This document shows, one piece after another, positions 42,737 through 54,485 of a DNA stretch of 64,000 nt. The stretch is from an uncultured Verrucomicrobiae bacterium. GTDB taxonomy: Bacteria > Verrucomicrobiota > Verrucomicrobiia > Chthoniobacterales > UBA10450. The translations under genes and the position numbers were made by a program. The stretch is from positions 576,001 through 640,000 of the forward strand of contig CAWDGJ010000003.1 in NCBI GenBank assembly GCA_963801815.1. Direction: 5' to 3'. The notes beneath the pieces were generated by a model. It saw only the letters and a program-made list of their open reading frames with translations. It had not been told where the DNA came from and did no database searches. Each line of letters opens with the position of its first letter. Position 1 is the first letter of the stretch.

Positions 42737-43492
42737 TCAAAAGCCAATTCCGAAGATTGTCCGCAATTGAAAGTTCGGTTCGTCCGCAGTGTCGGTTGCT
42801 TGCGCGAGCGCCGTGACTGTCACGAACCATTGATTGCGCCGGTACGAAACATTCGGCCCGATAAAAACGTTCCGAACTTTCTCGTCGTCGCGCCAATCGG
42901 GAAAGACGAACTCATGCAAAAGCTCGACGCCGACCGAAAGTCTCGGCGAGATTTCATAGCTTGCGCCGAGCGCTTGCTGAAATTCGCCCTCTTGTTCCTC
43001 AAGATATTGATCTTCCCACTCGGCTTCGAGTGTCGCGTTATAATCGAAAATCCAGCGGCCAAGATTCTTCTGCGCGATGAGTTTCGATTCCAATTCAAAA
43101 TGCTGGCGTCCGGCACTGATCTCCTCGTAAAGCGAAATCCCGACCGGATCGACGACCGGATTCGACAAATTGTAGATCAACTCAACCGCTCCGCCGTCGT
43201 ACTCAAAACCGTTATCGCTGTGATGACTCCAATCCAGCGGATAAAGTCCAAGCTGGAAGCGGTCCGTAATTCCAATCTCTAGTTCTTCGCGAATAAAAAC
43301 TTCATTACCGTTCCCGCTCGAGCCATGCGCCCACGTCACCGTGTTTTCTAGCTCGACACTTCCAGGCGCTGAAGTCGGCGCTTCGTAGAGAAACGTAAAG
43401 TGGCGCACACCTGCCAGGACGGCAGTGGCAGACCACTCCGTCAATAAAAGGATCAGCACCGCGAAGTATCTGAAAAAGCCTGTCTGAATCAC
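42737..43492 (-). CDS. Putative outer-membrane beta-barrel protein
   Basis: Signal peptide, amphipathic strands, C-terminal ...IFGIGF beta-signal. Confidence 0.7.
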   Translation of the reverse strand: MIQTGFFRYFAVLILLLTEWSATAVLAGVRHFTFLYEAPTSAPGSVELENTVTWAHGSSGNGNEVFIREELEIGITDRFQLGLYPLDWSHHSDNGFEYDGGAVELIYNLSNPVVDPVGISLYEEISAGRQHFELESKLIAQKNLGRWIFDYNATLEAEWEDQYLEEQEGEFQQALGASYEISPRLSVGVELLHEFVFPDWRDDEKVRNVFIGPNVSYRRNQWFVTVTALAQATDTADEPNFQLRTIFGIGF

Positions 43493-43521
43493 AGTCGAAG
43501 CCTAACTCTTTCGCCAGAGCT

Positions 43522-43587
43522 CTGCTGCCGGATGGTTGCTAATTTTTAACGCCCGGTTGCTGTCGGTAACTTGCGTTTTCTTTAGCG
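43522..43587 (-). promoter_or_regulatory. Two copies of a conserved upstream motif
   Basis: ctgctgccggatggttgctaatttttaacg and ttgctgtcggtaacttgcgttttctttagcg; a third copy at 44833. Confidence 0.55.
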
Positions 43588-43738
43588 CTAAATTGCGGCG
43601 CAGCGGTGTTCGTGAATTCGCGTTTGCTCGCGCCGAAGCAGTGCTTCATGGATGCGCCAGCTTCTGTAAGGGAAGCTGCTAGCTTCCCATTCGTTAGGCG
43701 AGACGCTAGCAGCGTCTCCTACAGTTTGGCTCGTCGCT

Positions 43739-44803
43739 TTAACGCACTGACTGCAATTGCCGACGCGGCAACGCGATGTCTGCTTCTGCTTTCGTTTCCC
43801 GAACCGGCTCCTCGCTCACGGGCATGACGCCGCTGCCGAGTTTTCTCGCGGCGTAATACGAGCCGACCACCAAGACCGTCGCGATCGCCTGTGCGATCAG
43901 CGTTTCGTACGTCGGATAAACCGAGAACCAAAGCCCGGCCCATTTCGGAATCATCGGAACGAGCGACGCAATTGGCGTGGTCGAGATCCAGTGCGCGAGC
44001 TGCATTTCCTGCGCTTGTTCGCCGACCATCACCAGCAACACAACCCCGAGCAGAATGCCGGTCGTGATCAACATTTTGCGGTAGGGCAACTTTTGCTGAA
44101 GCACGAACGTCAGGACTGCCACGATGGCCGAGAGCGCGATTCCGAGCAGCGCGCCTTGTAGGACAACGCCGCCGCCGAAACGCAGATAATACGTCTGCAA
44201 AAACAAAACGACCTCGAACCCTTCACGATAAAGCGACGTGAAACCGAGCAGGATCAGGCCCCAGGTCAACGAGCGCTTCGCGAGGTCACTGGCGTGGCCA
44301 TTCTCGAGTAAATGCTTCCGGCGACGATTGTGCGCCCGGATCCAGCCGCCCCAATAAATCTTGTGGAAGAACCAGTTCATGATCACGAGCAGCACCACGA
44401 CTGCGAGCAATCCGGTCGCAGCTTGCAAATCGAGCGCACGCATGTTGTCGCTCAATGAATCGACAATGCTCACTGCAATCACCCACGTGATCAGCGTTGC
44501 GAGAAACGCAACGCCCGCGCCGACTGCGACGGGTTTGCGATGAGTGCGTTTCGCGCCCGTCATGCTCGCGGTTATCGCCGCCAAAACCAGAATGCATTCA
44601 AGTCCTTCGCGGAAAACGAGAACGCCAATGTCGAGCGCCGCAACTGTCTTGCTGGTGTTCGGCTGCGTCGGGTCAGGCGCGCCTTGGGCGAAGATTCCCT
44701 GCCAGATTAAAATCGCGATCACCGCGATTGCGGCGATTGAGATGCCGATCCCCAAAAACATCCGCCACGGTTTTTCAACCGGGCGCAAAACAATCTCCTT
44801 CAC
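43739..44803 (-). CDS. FTR1-family iron permease
   Basis: Two RExxE motifs (FREGLE, YREGFE); multi-TM. Confidence 0.85.
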   Translation of the reverse strand: MKEIVLRPVEKPWRMFLGIGISIAAIAVIAILIWQGIFAQGAPDPTQPNTSKTVAALDIGVLVFREGLECILVLAAITASMTGAKRTHRKPVAVGAGVAFLATLITWVIAVSIVDSLSDNMRALDLQAATGLLAVVVLLVIMNWFFHKIYWGGWIRAHNRRRKHLLENGHASDLAKRSLTWGLILLGFTSLYREGFEVVLFLQTYYLRFGGGVVLQGALLGIALSAIVAVLTFVLQQKLPYRKMLITTGILLGVVLLVMVGEQAQEMQLAHWISTTPIASLVPMIPKWAGLWFSVYPTYETLIAQAIATVLVVGSYYAARKLGSGVMPVSEEPVRETKAEADIALPRRQLQSVR

Positions 44804-44832
44804 GGTCAAAAACTAACATAGCGCTAGCAAGC

Positions 44833-44862
44833 CTGCTGCCGGTTAATTGCGATTTTTTAGCG
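44833..44862 (-). promoter_or_regulatory. Third copy of the conserved upstream motif
   Basis: ctgctgccggttaattgcgattttttagcg. Confidence 0.55.
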
Positions 44863-44933
44863 GAAAATTGCGGGGCTTAAACGAATCAGGAACCCATGAA
44901 AGTAGGAAAAACCGATTCGGACCTCTGCTGCTT

Positions 44934-45044
44934 TGTCATTCCGAGCGGGAGCGAGGAATCTCACAATCGAAGCGCGGATCACGCAAACTGGACAGAGTGA
45001 TCAATCGCCTTGTGGGAGATCCCTCACATTCGTTCGGGATGACA
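44934..45044. repeat. TGTCAT...ATGACA-terminated palindromic dispersed element
   Basis: tgtcattccgagcgggagcgaggaatctcacaatcgaagcg...gggatgaca; second copy at 48130, half copy at 45771. Confidence 0.8.
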
Positions 45045-45155
45045 GAACGTTATTACCGCGGGCTCGCCATTTTCGCCGACGCCAACCCAATCGCGCCGAA
45101 CAAATTCGTTTTGAGAAAGCGTCGCCGATTCATTTGCCCGAACGAATCTGAGCGA

Positions 45156-45750
45156 TCACCGGCTCCCGGTCTGAGTGAACGTGATTGGAATTTTAACCAT
45201 CGTCGATCCGAGCGTGTTTGGTTTAAATCGCCACTTCTCGAACGCCGCTATTGCGCAATGATCTAGCAAAGCTTGGCCAGTGCTTCTTTCAGTGCGAACC
45301 GATTTAACGATTCCGCTGAATGGATCGACGTGAAGGACGAAGACTCCAGCTCCGGTAAGGCGTTGCTTTCTCGCGGCCTCTGGATAATCGGGCTTGGGTG
45401 CAAAAAGAACTACAGCTTTCGCAGGTTCTTTCGTTTCGCCGTCGACGTCGGAAAAATCCGGCTTTCGTGCTAGCCGAACGACGAAATCATATTTTTCAGC
45501 GAGACGCAAAACGTCCGTCGTACTTGCGTCGGGACTTTCGTCCATGGCCTCGCGATGGTCACACAGCGTGCCCATGCTGCTTTGCAATTTCTCGAAAGGC
45601 ACTTTCGAGGTCTCCCTTCGCAATCGGCTTGTCGTCGATGCTGAGGCTCCCATCGCGCGATTCGACGATTTTAAACGTTTTGTGAGGTTCCGCCGCGATA
45701 GCGGCAACTGCCGTGGCGATAATCGCAGCGATTGTTAGCGCGGTGCGCAT
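45156..45750 (-). CDS. TonB C-terminal domain protein with ExbD-like N-domain (one frameshift)
   Basis: Signal peptide from ATG 45750; TonB_C motifs [21 protein letters not shown]. Confidence 0.65.
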
Positions 45751-45770
45751 CAGCTTCAGAAAAACAGCAA

Positions 45771-45799
45771 GAGATTCCTCGGCTCCGCTCGGAATGACA
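45771..45799. repeat. Half copy of the TGTCAT element
   Basis: gagattcctcggctccgctcggaatgaca, directly after the glnA stop. Confidence 0.7.
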
Positions 45800-45804
45800 G
45801 AGGC

Positions 45805-47232
45805 CTACACGTCGTAGTACATCGAGAACTCGTACGGATGCGGGCGGAGCCGCAGTGCGTCGTATTCTTTTTGCTTCATGTCGATCCAGTTGGCGATGAA
45901 GTCGGCGTTGAAGACGTCGCCGCGGAGGAGGAAGGAATGATCGGCCTGGAGCGCTTCGATCGCGCCGCGGAGTGAATCGGGCACGCTCGCGATCTGGGCG
46001 AGTTCTTCCGGCGGCAGATCGTAAAGATTTTTGTCGAGCGGATCGCCGGGATCGATGCGGTTCTGGACTCCATCGAGGCCCGCGAGCAGCATCGCGCTGA
46101 ACGCAAGATACGGATTCGCCGCCGCATCGGGCGTGCGGAACTCGATCCGTTTCGCTTTCGGACTCGGCGAATATGTCGGAATCCGGATCGCGGCGGAACG
46201 ATTGCGCGCGGAATAAGCGAGATTGACCGGCGCTTCGAATCCCGGGCACGAGGCGCTTGAAGCTGTTGGTGGTCGGATTCGTGAGGCAGGTGAGCGCGGG
46301 CGCGTGTTTCAAAATGCCGCCGATGAAAAACAGCGCGATATCGCTCAAGCCGGCGTAACCGTTGCCGGCGAAGAGCGGTTTGTCTCCGTTCCAAAGCGAG
46401 ATGTGGGTGTGCATGCCCGAGCCGTTGTCGCCAAAAAGCGGCTTCGGCATGAACGTCACGGTCTTGTTGTGCCGCTTGGCGACGTTGCGAATGATGTATT
46501 TGTAATACTGCATGCTGTCGCCCATGCGTTTGAGCGACGCGAAACGAATGTCGATCTCGGCCTGACCGGCGGTCGCGACTTCATGATGCTGGCGTTCGAT
46601 GGCAACGCCCGGCCTTCTCCATCTCCAGACACATTTCGTTGCGAATGTCCTGCAACGAGTCCATCGGCGAGACCGGGAAATAACCTTCCTTCGGGCGAAT
46701 CTTGTAACCGAGGTTCGGAAATTCCTCCCGCCCGCTGTTCCAATGTCCCTCGATGCTGTCGACAAGGTGCATCGACGAATTGCCTGCGTTGCTGAACCGG
46801 ACGTCATCGAAGATAAAAAACTCGGCTTCCGGTCCGAAGTAGGCGGTGTCGGCGATACCGGTTGATTTCAAATACGCTTCGGCTTTTTCGGCGACGCCGC
46901 GCGGGTCGCGATCGTACGGCTCGCGCGTGATCGGATCGACGATCGTGCAGATCAAGCGACAGCGTCGGCTCGGCGTTGAAGATGTCGATCCAGGCCGTCG
47001 CCGGATCGGGAATGACGAGCATGTCGGAGGCGTTGATGACTCTCCAGCCGCGAATGCTCGAGCCGTCGAAGCCGAGGCCGTCTTTGAAAATCTCCTCGTC
47101 GTATTCGGTGAGCGTGGTGGTGAAGTGCTGCCACGTGCCGAGCAAGTCGGTGAACTTGAAGTCGATCAACTTCACGTCGTTGTCTTTGATCATTTTACTG
47201 ACGTCGGATGGAGTTTTGTCTTTTGAGGCCAT
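45805..47232 (-). CDS. glnA: Glutamine synthetase type I-beta (frameshifted)
   Basis: [38 protein letters not shown], adenylylation loop [10 protein letters not shown]. Confidence 0.95.
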
Positions 47233-47377
47233 TTTTTCTAAGGATGAGGGTATGAAGGATGAAAGAAGAAAATCGTTAATTCACTAAATCACTAACTCGT
47301 TAAATGCCGCCGTCCAGTTGCGACTTGCCCCAGGACGACTCGTTTGCGGCGGTTGTCTTGGCGAGCGCGCATATATT

Positions 47378-47734
<357 letters not shown>

Positions 47735-48129
47735 TTATTCACACAATCATGAGAGCAGACCCCCGAAAGCGTTCGGGGTTCATTAACAACGCGTGCATGC
47801 GCTTTGCAAACGCGGAAAATGCACCACGCGCTCTCTTAGCAACAGCGCACTGCGAATGCAAGTATTGTTTCGCTCGGAGACTGTTGAAACACTGGAGCGG
47901 GTCGCGCGTAGAGGCAGAAGGGGCGGATGGCAAGGATCGAGTCAGGCGCATCCGCCGCAGCCGGCGGTAACGAACGAGCGACGCCGCCATCCGCCCTTCT
48001 GCCTCGCGCCCGAAGGGTTGCGTTTGTGAATTTCTGGCGCTCGCTTGTTCTCCTGGGACATAAACCAGAGGCAACAACGCTCGCGCCAATCGGGCTTGTC
48101 CCACGTAGTTAATGCCGCGCTGGGTAACC

Positions 48130-48250
48130 TGTCATTCCGAGCGTGAGCGAGGAATCTCACAATCGAAGCGAGCGTCACGCAAAGCAATTTGTGTGATCCA
48201 TCAGCCTCGGGGGAGATCCTTCATCCCGCCGTCGCGGGATCCGGGATGAC
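48130..48250. repeat. Second full TGTCAT-type element
   Basis: First ~40 nt nearly identical to the 44934 copy. Confidence 0.8.
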
Positions 48251-48391
48251 GGCGAAAAAATCGCGAGCACGAATGCTTGGCAAATTTGACGAGACGCGAT
48301 TGACCGAACAATAATCAACGATGCCGCGCGATTCACTCCCCCGATCAAAGAAAATCGCGGACGGTCACATTGCGAAAACCTCCGGCGCGGC

Positions 48392-51300
48392 ATGTCTGAT
48401 TCATTCGTTCACCTCCATCTCCACACCGAATATTCGCTGCTCGATGGCGCGATTCGGATGAAGGAGCTGATGAAAAAAGCGGCCGAATTCAAGATGCCGG
48501 CGGTCGCGATGACCGATCACGGAAATCTATTCGGCGCGATCGAATTTTACCAGGAAGCGCAGCGCGCCGGGATCAAGCCGATCATCGGGTGCGAGGCTTA
48601 CATCGCGCCGCGTTCGCATAAAGGAACGGCCGAATTCGATGCGCGAAGCGGCTTATCATTTCACCCTGCTGGCCGAGGACGAGATCGGTTATCGCAATCT
48701 GGTCAAACTGATCTCGACCGCGCATCTCGACGGGTTTCATTACCGGCCGCGGATCGACAAGGAACTGCTCGCGCAGCATTCCGCGGGATTGATCGGACTG
48801 AGCGGCTGCCTCGCCGGCGAGGTGAATTCGGCAATCCAGGCGAACAACATTCAACAAAGCGACGCAAGCCGCGGCGGAGTATCGCGACATTCTTGGGCAG
48901 GAGAATTTCTTCGTCGAACTGCACGATCACGGAATCGAAGAACAAAAGTGCAACGCCGTGCTGCCGAAGATGGCGAAGGATCTTGGGGTCGGACTGGTCG
49001 CGGCGAACGATGTCCATTTTCTCGGCGCGACGATCACGACGCGCACGACGTGATGCTTTGCATCGGCACCGGCAAGATGGTGCAGGACGAAGCACGGATG
49101 CGTTATGTGCCGGAGCTTTATTTCAAATCGCCGGCGGAAATGCGCGCACTGTTCAAGGATCACCCGGACGCGATCACGAACACGCTGGCGATCGCCGAGC
49201 GCTGCGACCTCACGATCGAATTCGGCCGCTCGAAGTATCCCGAATATCCGGTGCCGGCAGGGGCACACCCGCGAGGAATATCTGCGCGAGCTTTGCGAGC
49301 AAGGACTCGAGGAGCGTTACGGCGAGACGCGCGAAGACCGACCCTCAACTGCGCGAACGCCTCGCCTACGAGCTGAGCGTGCTCGAGAAAACCGGATTCG
49401 TCAGCTACATCCTGATCGTTTGGGATTTCATTCACTTCGCCAAAGGCCGCGGCATTCCGGTCGGTCCCGGGCGCGGTTCGGCGGCCGGTTCGCTGGTCGC
49501 GTACGTTCTCGGGATCACCGACATCGATCCGCTTCAATTCGGTTTGATCTTCGAACGATTTTTGAATCCGGATCGCGTTTCGCCGCCGGATATCGACGTC
49601 GATTTTTGCGAAGCGCGCCGCGGCGAAGTGCTCGAATACGTCCGCCAGAAATACGGCGAACGCCGCGTCTCGCAGATCATCACCTTCGGAAAACTGAAAG
49701 CGAAAAGCGTGGTGCGCGACGTCGGTCGCGTGATGGGGCTGTCCTACCGCGACGCCGATCGGATCGCGAAGATGATTCCGAACGAGCTGAACATCACTCT
49801 CGCTTCCGCGGCGGAAAAGAATCCGGAGCTGAAACGAGCGATCGAGACCGAGCCGGAAACCAGACAGCTTTTGGAATACGCGAAGATTCTGGAAGGACTT
49901 TCGCGCAACGCCGGAGTGCACGCTGCCGGCGTCGTCATCGCCGATCGCGATCTGTCCGATTACATCCCGCTCTGCCGCGACGCGAAGGGCAACGACGTCG
50001 ATCAGCCAGTATCCGATGGGGCCGCTGAACGATCTCGGACTGCTGAAGATGGATTTCCTCGGCTTGAAAACGCTGACCGTGATCGAGGACACGGTCAATT
50101 TGATTCGCAGCCGCGAGCCGGATTTTTCACTCAAAAAATATTCCGCTCGACGACGCAGCCACGTTCGACCTCTACAACCGCGGCGAAACGATCGGCCTTT
50201 TCCAAATGGAATCAGGCGGAATGACGAGCCACCGCCAAGCAGTTCGACGTGCAGAAGATCGACGACATCATCGCGTTGATCGCGCTCTATCGGCCCGGCC
50301 CGATGGATTTGATCGGCGATTACATCAAGCGCAAGAAAGGTCTGACCAAGATTCGGTACGAGCATCCGCTGCTCGAGGAAATCTGCGCCGACACCTACGG
50401 CGTCATGATTTATCAGGAGCAGGTGATGGCGGCGGCGAGCAAGCTGGCCGGCTATTCGCTTAGCGCAAGGCGATCTGCTTCGGCGCGCGATGGGCAAAAA
50501 GGACCGCGAGAAAATGGCGAAGGAGCGCGCAGAACTTCATCGAAGGTTGCGCGCGGACGAACAAGATCCCGGAGAAAAAGGCGAACGCGATTTTCGATTT
50601 GCTGGAAAAATTCGCCGGCTACGGATTCAACAAGAGCCACAGCGCGGCCTACGGCGTGATCAGTTATCAGACGGCGTATTTGAAAGCGCATTATCCGGTC
50701 GAGTTCATGGCCGGTTTGCTGAGCAACGAAATCAACAACACCGACAAGATTTCGGTTTTCGTCGGCGAATGTAAACGGATGGGCATCGCGATCCTGCCGC
50801 CGGATATCAACCGCAGCGGGCTGAAGTTCACGCCCGAAGAGCACGACGGTAAAATGGCGATTCGTTACGGACTGGCCGCGATCAAGAACGTGGGCGAATC
50901 GGCGATGCGAGCGTCAATCGAAGAACGCGAGCGGGGAGGGGATTTCACTTCGCTGGAGGATTTTTGCGGCCGACTCGGGACGCGCATCGCGAATCGCAAA
51001 ATGCTCGAAAGTCTGGTCAAAGCCGGCGCATTCGATTTTCTCGGACGCGATCGCGCCGAGCTTTTCGCCTGCATCGACGAATCGCTTTCTTCCGCGGCCG
51101 CGGCCCATCGTGATCGGACACTCGGTCAGGTTTCGTTGTTCGATGAGGAGACGCATGCCGCGACCACGCGAAAGCGCGTCGTCGTGCCATGGAGCGACCA
51201 CGAAAAACTTTCCTACGAAAAAGAGCTGCTCGGATTTTACGTCAGCGGCCATCCGCTCGACGCTTATTCGGATCTGTTCGCAGCGAAAAAATATCAGCCG

Positions 51301-51879
51301 ATCGGTTCGTTAGGCGATTTGGAGGACCGTTCGCAATTCAGGATCGCGGGAGCGATCGTGCAGGCCGAAAAGAAGTTCACCCGCAAGGAGGGCAAGCCGT
51401 TCGCAGTGGTTTGGATCGAAGATCTGACCGGCACGCTCGAAGTTGTGGTTTGGAACGACGTTTACGTGACGGTTTCGGAGCTGCTGGTCCCGGGTCACGT
51501 CGTGGAAATCCGCGGCACGATCGACACTCGTGGCGATTCTCTGCGCGCTACCGCGCAAAAAATTAGACTGCCAACCGCGAACAAACCAAATGGCGCCTCG
51601 AACGGGAATGGCGGATCTACATCACTCGATGAGCCCGTGCTGCTGTTGCAATTTTCACCCGCGACAACGAGCGAAGAGTTGCGTGAAGTGCGGGATCTCT
51701 TGGCGAGCTCTCCTGGCAAGCGTCCCGTTCAACTTCTGTTTGACCGGCCGAGTGGCGAACCGTTGCGAGTGGATGCGGGGTCCAATCTGTGCGTTAATCT
51801 CACGAGCGAGCTCGAGGGGAAATTGATGCGCTGGCTGGTGATTTCCAAACCTGTCCGCCGCGGCGAACCCGCTCAGTAG
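48392..51879 (+). CDS. dnaE: DNA polymerase III alpha subunit (frameshifted)
   Basis: [43 protein letters not shown]-terminal OB fold. Confidence 0.95.
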
Positions 51880-52047
51880 CTACCTCGCTGGCACCGCGCT
51901 TCAGCGCGGTGGACACGGGATGTCCGCGATCAAAACCGTTTGAACGGTTTCATAGTTGTCCTGTATCGAATTACCGGCTGGGGCCCGGTGTTGCTCGCTG
52001 AACGTGCCCTTGGCATCGCGGCAACCGGCGCGCTCTCTCGCTTCCAT

Positions 52048-52119
52048 GAACTTGAATGCTTTATGCATTCAAGTTCGCTGGGCGCATACTGATCTTGAAT
52101 GCATATTGCATTCAAGTTA
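52048..52119. repeat. Two intergenic 29-bp palindromes of the AACTTGA-N13-TCAAGTT type
   Basis: gaacttgaatgctttatgcattcaagttc and gatcttgaatgcatattgcattcaagtta. Confidence 0.7.
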
Positions 52120-52162
52120 TCCCCTCGGTCGACCGGCGAGGGATCAAATACCCTGAAGGCAG

Positions 52163-54436
52163 TTAACGGCGCTTTGACTTTTTGCGCGGCCGTTCGGGCG
52201 TCGGTGTCGGTTTCGGATGCAGACCAAACGTGAATGATTGCGGTGCCGGCTTTTCCCCGAAACAAATCGGAATCTTTGTGGCCCCCGACGGAAGCGGTTG
52301 GCCTTGTGCCGTGATAACCGAATGTCGGGGCGTCATGCTCCAGCCGCCTTCAAGAATTCCGCCAACCAGTTCGATTTGGTTGATCATCGGCGCCAGCGTG
52401 ATGCCGACCGGCTGAAGATTGATACGACTGACGCAGGAATCTGGCGGCGTGGTCAGCTCAAACACTGGCACGCTCGGAAAGATGACGATCTTTGTTTCCG
52501 CAAGATCGTGCAGATCAATGTCGCCGCGAAGCGAAACATCTACGTCCGCGGTCGCAGCATTCAAAAACTCAATTTTGCCATGATCGCCGTCGAACGTCAG
52601 ACGGCCGCTTGCTTGTGCTAAATCCAACGGCGCGTTTTGCAACTTGGCGTTAACCAACTGGACGTCGCCAGTGATGGACGGGTGCTGAAGGGTCTGGCTC
52701 CACGAAATGGCGCCGGTCAAAATTCCTTCATTGAAAACTGGCGGATGGAAGAGCTGCGGAGCGCTCGCCAAAACTATCGTCGGGAAACTAATCTGCAGCT
52801 CCAACGGTGAAGACAGGAACCCTTTCCAGTCTTCGCCAATCTTCAGTGGAAATTTCGCCCTTGCATCAATCGGACTCGATCCCGGCAAGGTAAAGAGGGT
52901 GTGAGCATCCCATACGCCTGATGAAATCTTTGCCTCGAGCTGAACCGGAACAGCGGCCCCAGAGGCAGGCCGGCCCAGGAGAAGATATTCGGACGCGTCG
53001 CCCACTTTCGCCTCGATGTTGCCGGAATAATCCTGCTCGTGCTCGATGTCGATCTTGCCTTGCGCACGAACGAAATCTTTTTTGCGGACGAGCTCAAATT
53101 GCTCGAGCTCGAGCTCGCTGGCTTTAAGATTTATTTTCGCGTTCAACCGGTCGATCTGTCTTTTGAACAGTGACAAGGAATTTCCGCTCGCGGTCAGGTG
53201 GCCACCCAGCTTTCGCTCGCGCGCGTTGAGTGTTCCTTCAATCGCGATCGCACCGGCGAAATCACCGCGGGCAGCGCCGAAGAGTTCGGCAAATTGTCCA
53301 AGATCGCTGATCGATCCCAGGATCTGGCCGCGGAAATCGGGGTTGAGCCAGTCGGCAGATTTCGAAGGCAGCGCGCCATCGCCGCTCATGGTTAACTGAT
53401 TCTTGCGCTGTTTGATGAAAAGCTGTTGAAGCTGGATCTGCCGGTTATAAAAAATCGCTCCCAGCATGATCAGGTCGGCTGCGCGATTGTGCCAGCTCAG
53501 CCCATTGAGCTCAGTCCAGATGGAAGCCGTTCCGCTGAATGGGTCGCGCGGATCCCCGCGGAAAGTGAAGTTGCAGGCGCGAAGCGATCCGCCGAGCCGA
53601 TCGGTGAATCCGAATGCGTCGGACGTTTGGGCGAGTGAGATGCCGGACGCAGTTCCAGCGAGGTTCCAAATCGAATGTTGTTCGTCCCACTCGTTGGAAA
53701 TACTGGCCCGAATCTTACCGCCAAGGACATCGAGATCGAACTGGAGATCGGCGCGCTCGTTATCAAGTCGGGAAAGATCAACGATGATGGATTGGAGATC
53801 GATACCGCGCTCCAGATTCAGGCCGCCGATCGTGAGACGATTGTCCTGCCACTTGGTTGCGCCACGCAATTGCGAGAAGGTTTGTCGAAACAGCGGGGAC
53901 GTGAGCGCGAATTCACCGGCGGAGAAACGGCCGGACTCGATTTGGTTTCCGGAAATGGACGCATTGCGCAAAAGAACAACGCTTGGCCCGTTCTCAACCC
54001 GCACATCGAGATGCCCGATGTCGAAGTTGGTGGGAAGCAGCGCTTGCAGCGCCCGCCAGTTGAAATCGAGCGGTCGCTTCGAGCCTGAGAAATCGCGGCG
54101 AATTTCAGCGTGTGTGTTTTCGATCGTCAACCCATGAACGCCGTTTATTTTGGCGGCTATGAGTCTCGCCAAATTGAGACGAAGGACGACATGCTCGGCG
54201 GTCAACTCGATCTGGGTCGATACGCCGGCCTCGTTCGTAACGCGGATTCGTTCGATGGAAACGGGGCGCAGAAAAGGCGCGTTGATTTTTCCGAGCTCAA
54301 TCTTCAAATGTTGACGATGCGCCTGCCAGTGGAGCCAGCCGCGGAACGCGCTCGCTATCAGGACCGGTAATAACGCGATGCTGGCAAGAGCGGCCAACAA
54401 AACGAAGGCGAGCAGAAGCAGTCGGGTTCGAGACAT
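52163..54436 (-). CDS. AsmA/TamB-like protein
   Basis: N-terminal TM followed by a long run of beta-strand pattern; ATG at 54436. Confidence 0.6.
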   Translation of the reverse strand: MSRTRLLLLAFVLLAALASIALLPVLIASAFRGWLHWQAHRQHLKIELGKINAPFLRPVSIERIRVTNEAGVSTQIELTAEHVVLRLNLARLIAAKINGVHGLTIENTHAEIRRDFSGSKRPLDFNWRALQALLPTNFDIGHLDVRVENGPSVVLLRNASISGNQIESGRFSAGEFALTSPLFRQTFSQLRGATKWQDNRLTIGGLNLERGIDLQSIIVDLSRLDNERADLQFDLDVLGGKIRASISNEWDEQHSIWNLAGTASGISLAQTSDAFGFTDRLGGSLRACNFTFRGDPRDPFSGTASIWTELNGLSWHNRAADLIMLGAIFYNRQIQLQQLFIKQRKNQLTMSGDGALPSKSADWLNPDFRGQILGSISDLGQFAELFGAARGDFAGAIAIEGTLNARERKLGGHLTASGNSLSLFKRQIDRLNAKINLKASELELEQFELVRKKDFVRAQGKIDIEHEQDYSGNIEAKVGDASEYLLLGRPASGAAVPVQLEAKISSGVWDAHTLFTLPGSSPIDARAKFPLKIGEDWKGFLSSPLELQISFPTIVLASAPQLFHPPVFNEGILTGAISWSQTLQHPSITGDVQLVNAKLQNAPLDLAQASGRLTFDGDHGKIEFLNAATADVDVSLRGDIDLHDLAETKIVIFPSVPVFELTTPPDSCVSRINLQPVGITLAPMINQIELVGGILEGGWSMTPRHSVITAQGQPLPSGATKIPICFGEKPAPQSFTFGLHPKPTPTPERPRKKSKRR

Positions 54437-54485
54437 GCGCGGTGGACATTGCTTTAATCGCAAACGTCCAACGCGGAAAGTAGGT

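Noticed and set aside
44826..44841. Sigma54 promoter for FTR1 (CGGCAG-N5-TTGCT)
   Set aside because: Spacing fits, but the equivalent motif copy upstream of the barrel gene lacks the -12 GC, so it was treated as part of the shared motif.
49160..50497. Long antisense ORFs (e.g. 445 aa opposite dnaE, 341 aa at 15207-16232, 334 aa at 20615-21619)
   Set aside because: Shadow ORFs of GC-rich real genes with no recognisable motifs.
51930..52265. ORFs between dnaE and the AsmA-like gene
   Set aside because: The region consists of palindromic repeats and the translations lack protein-like features.
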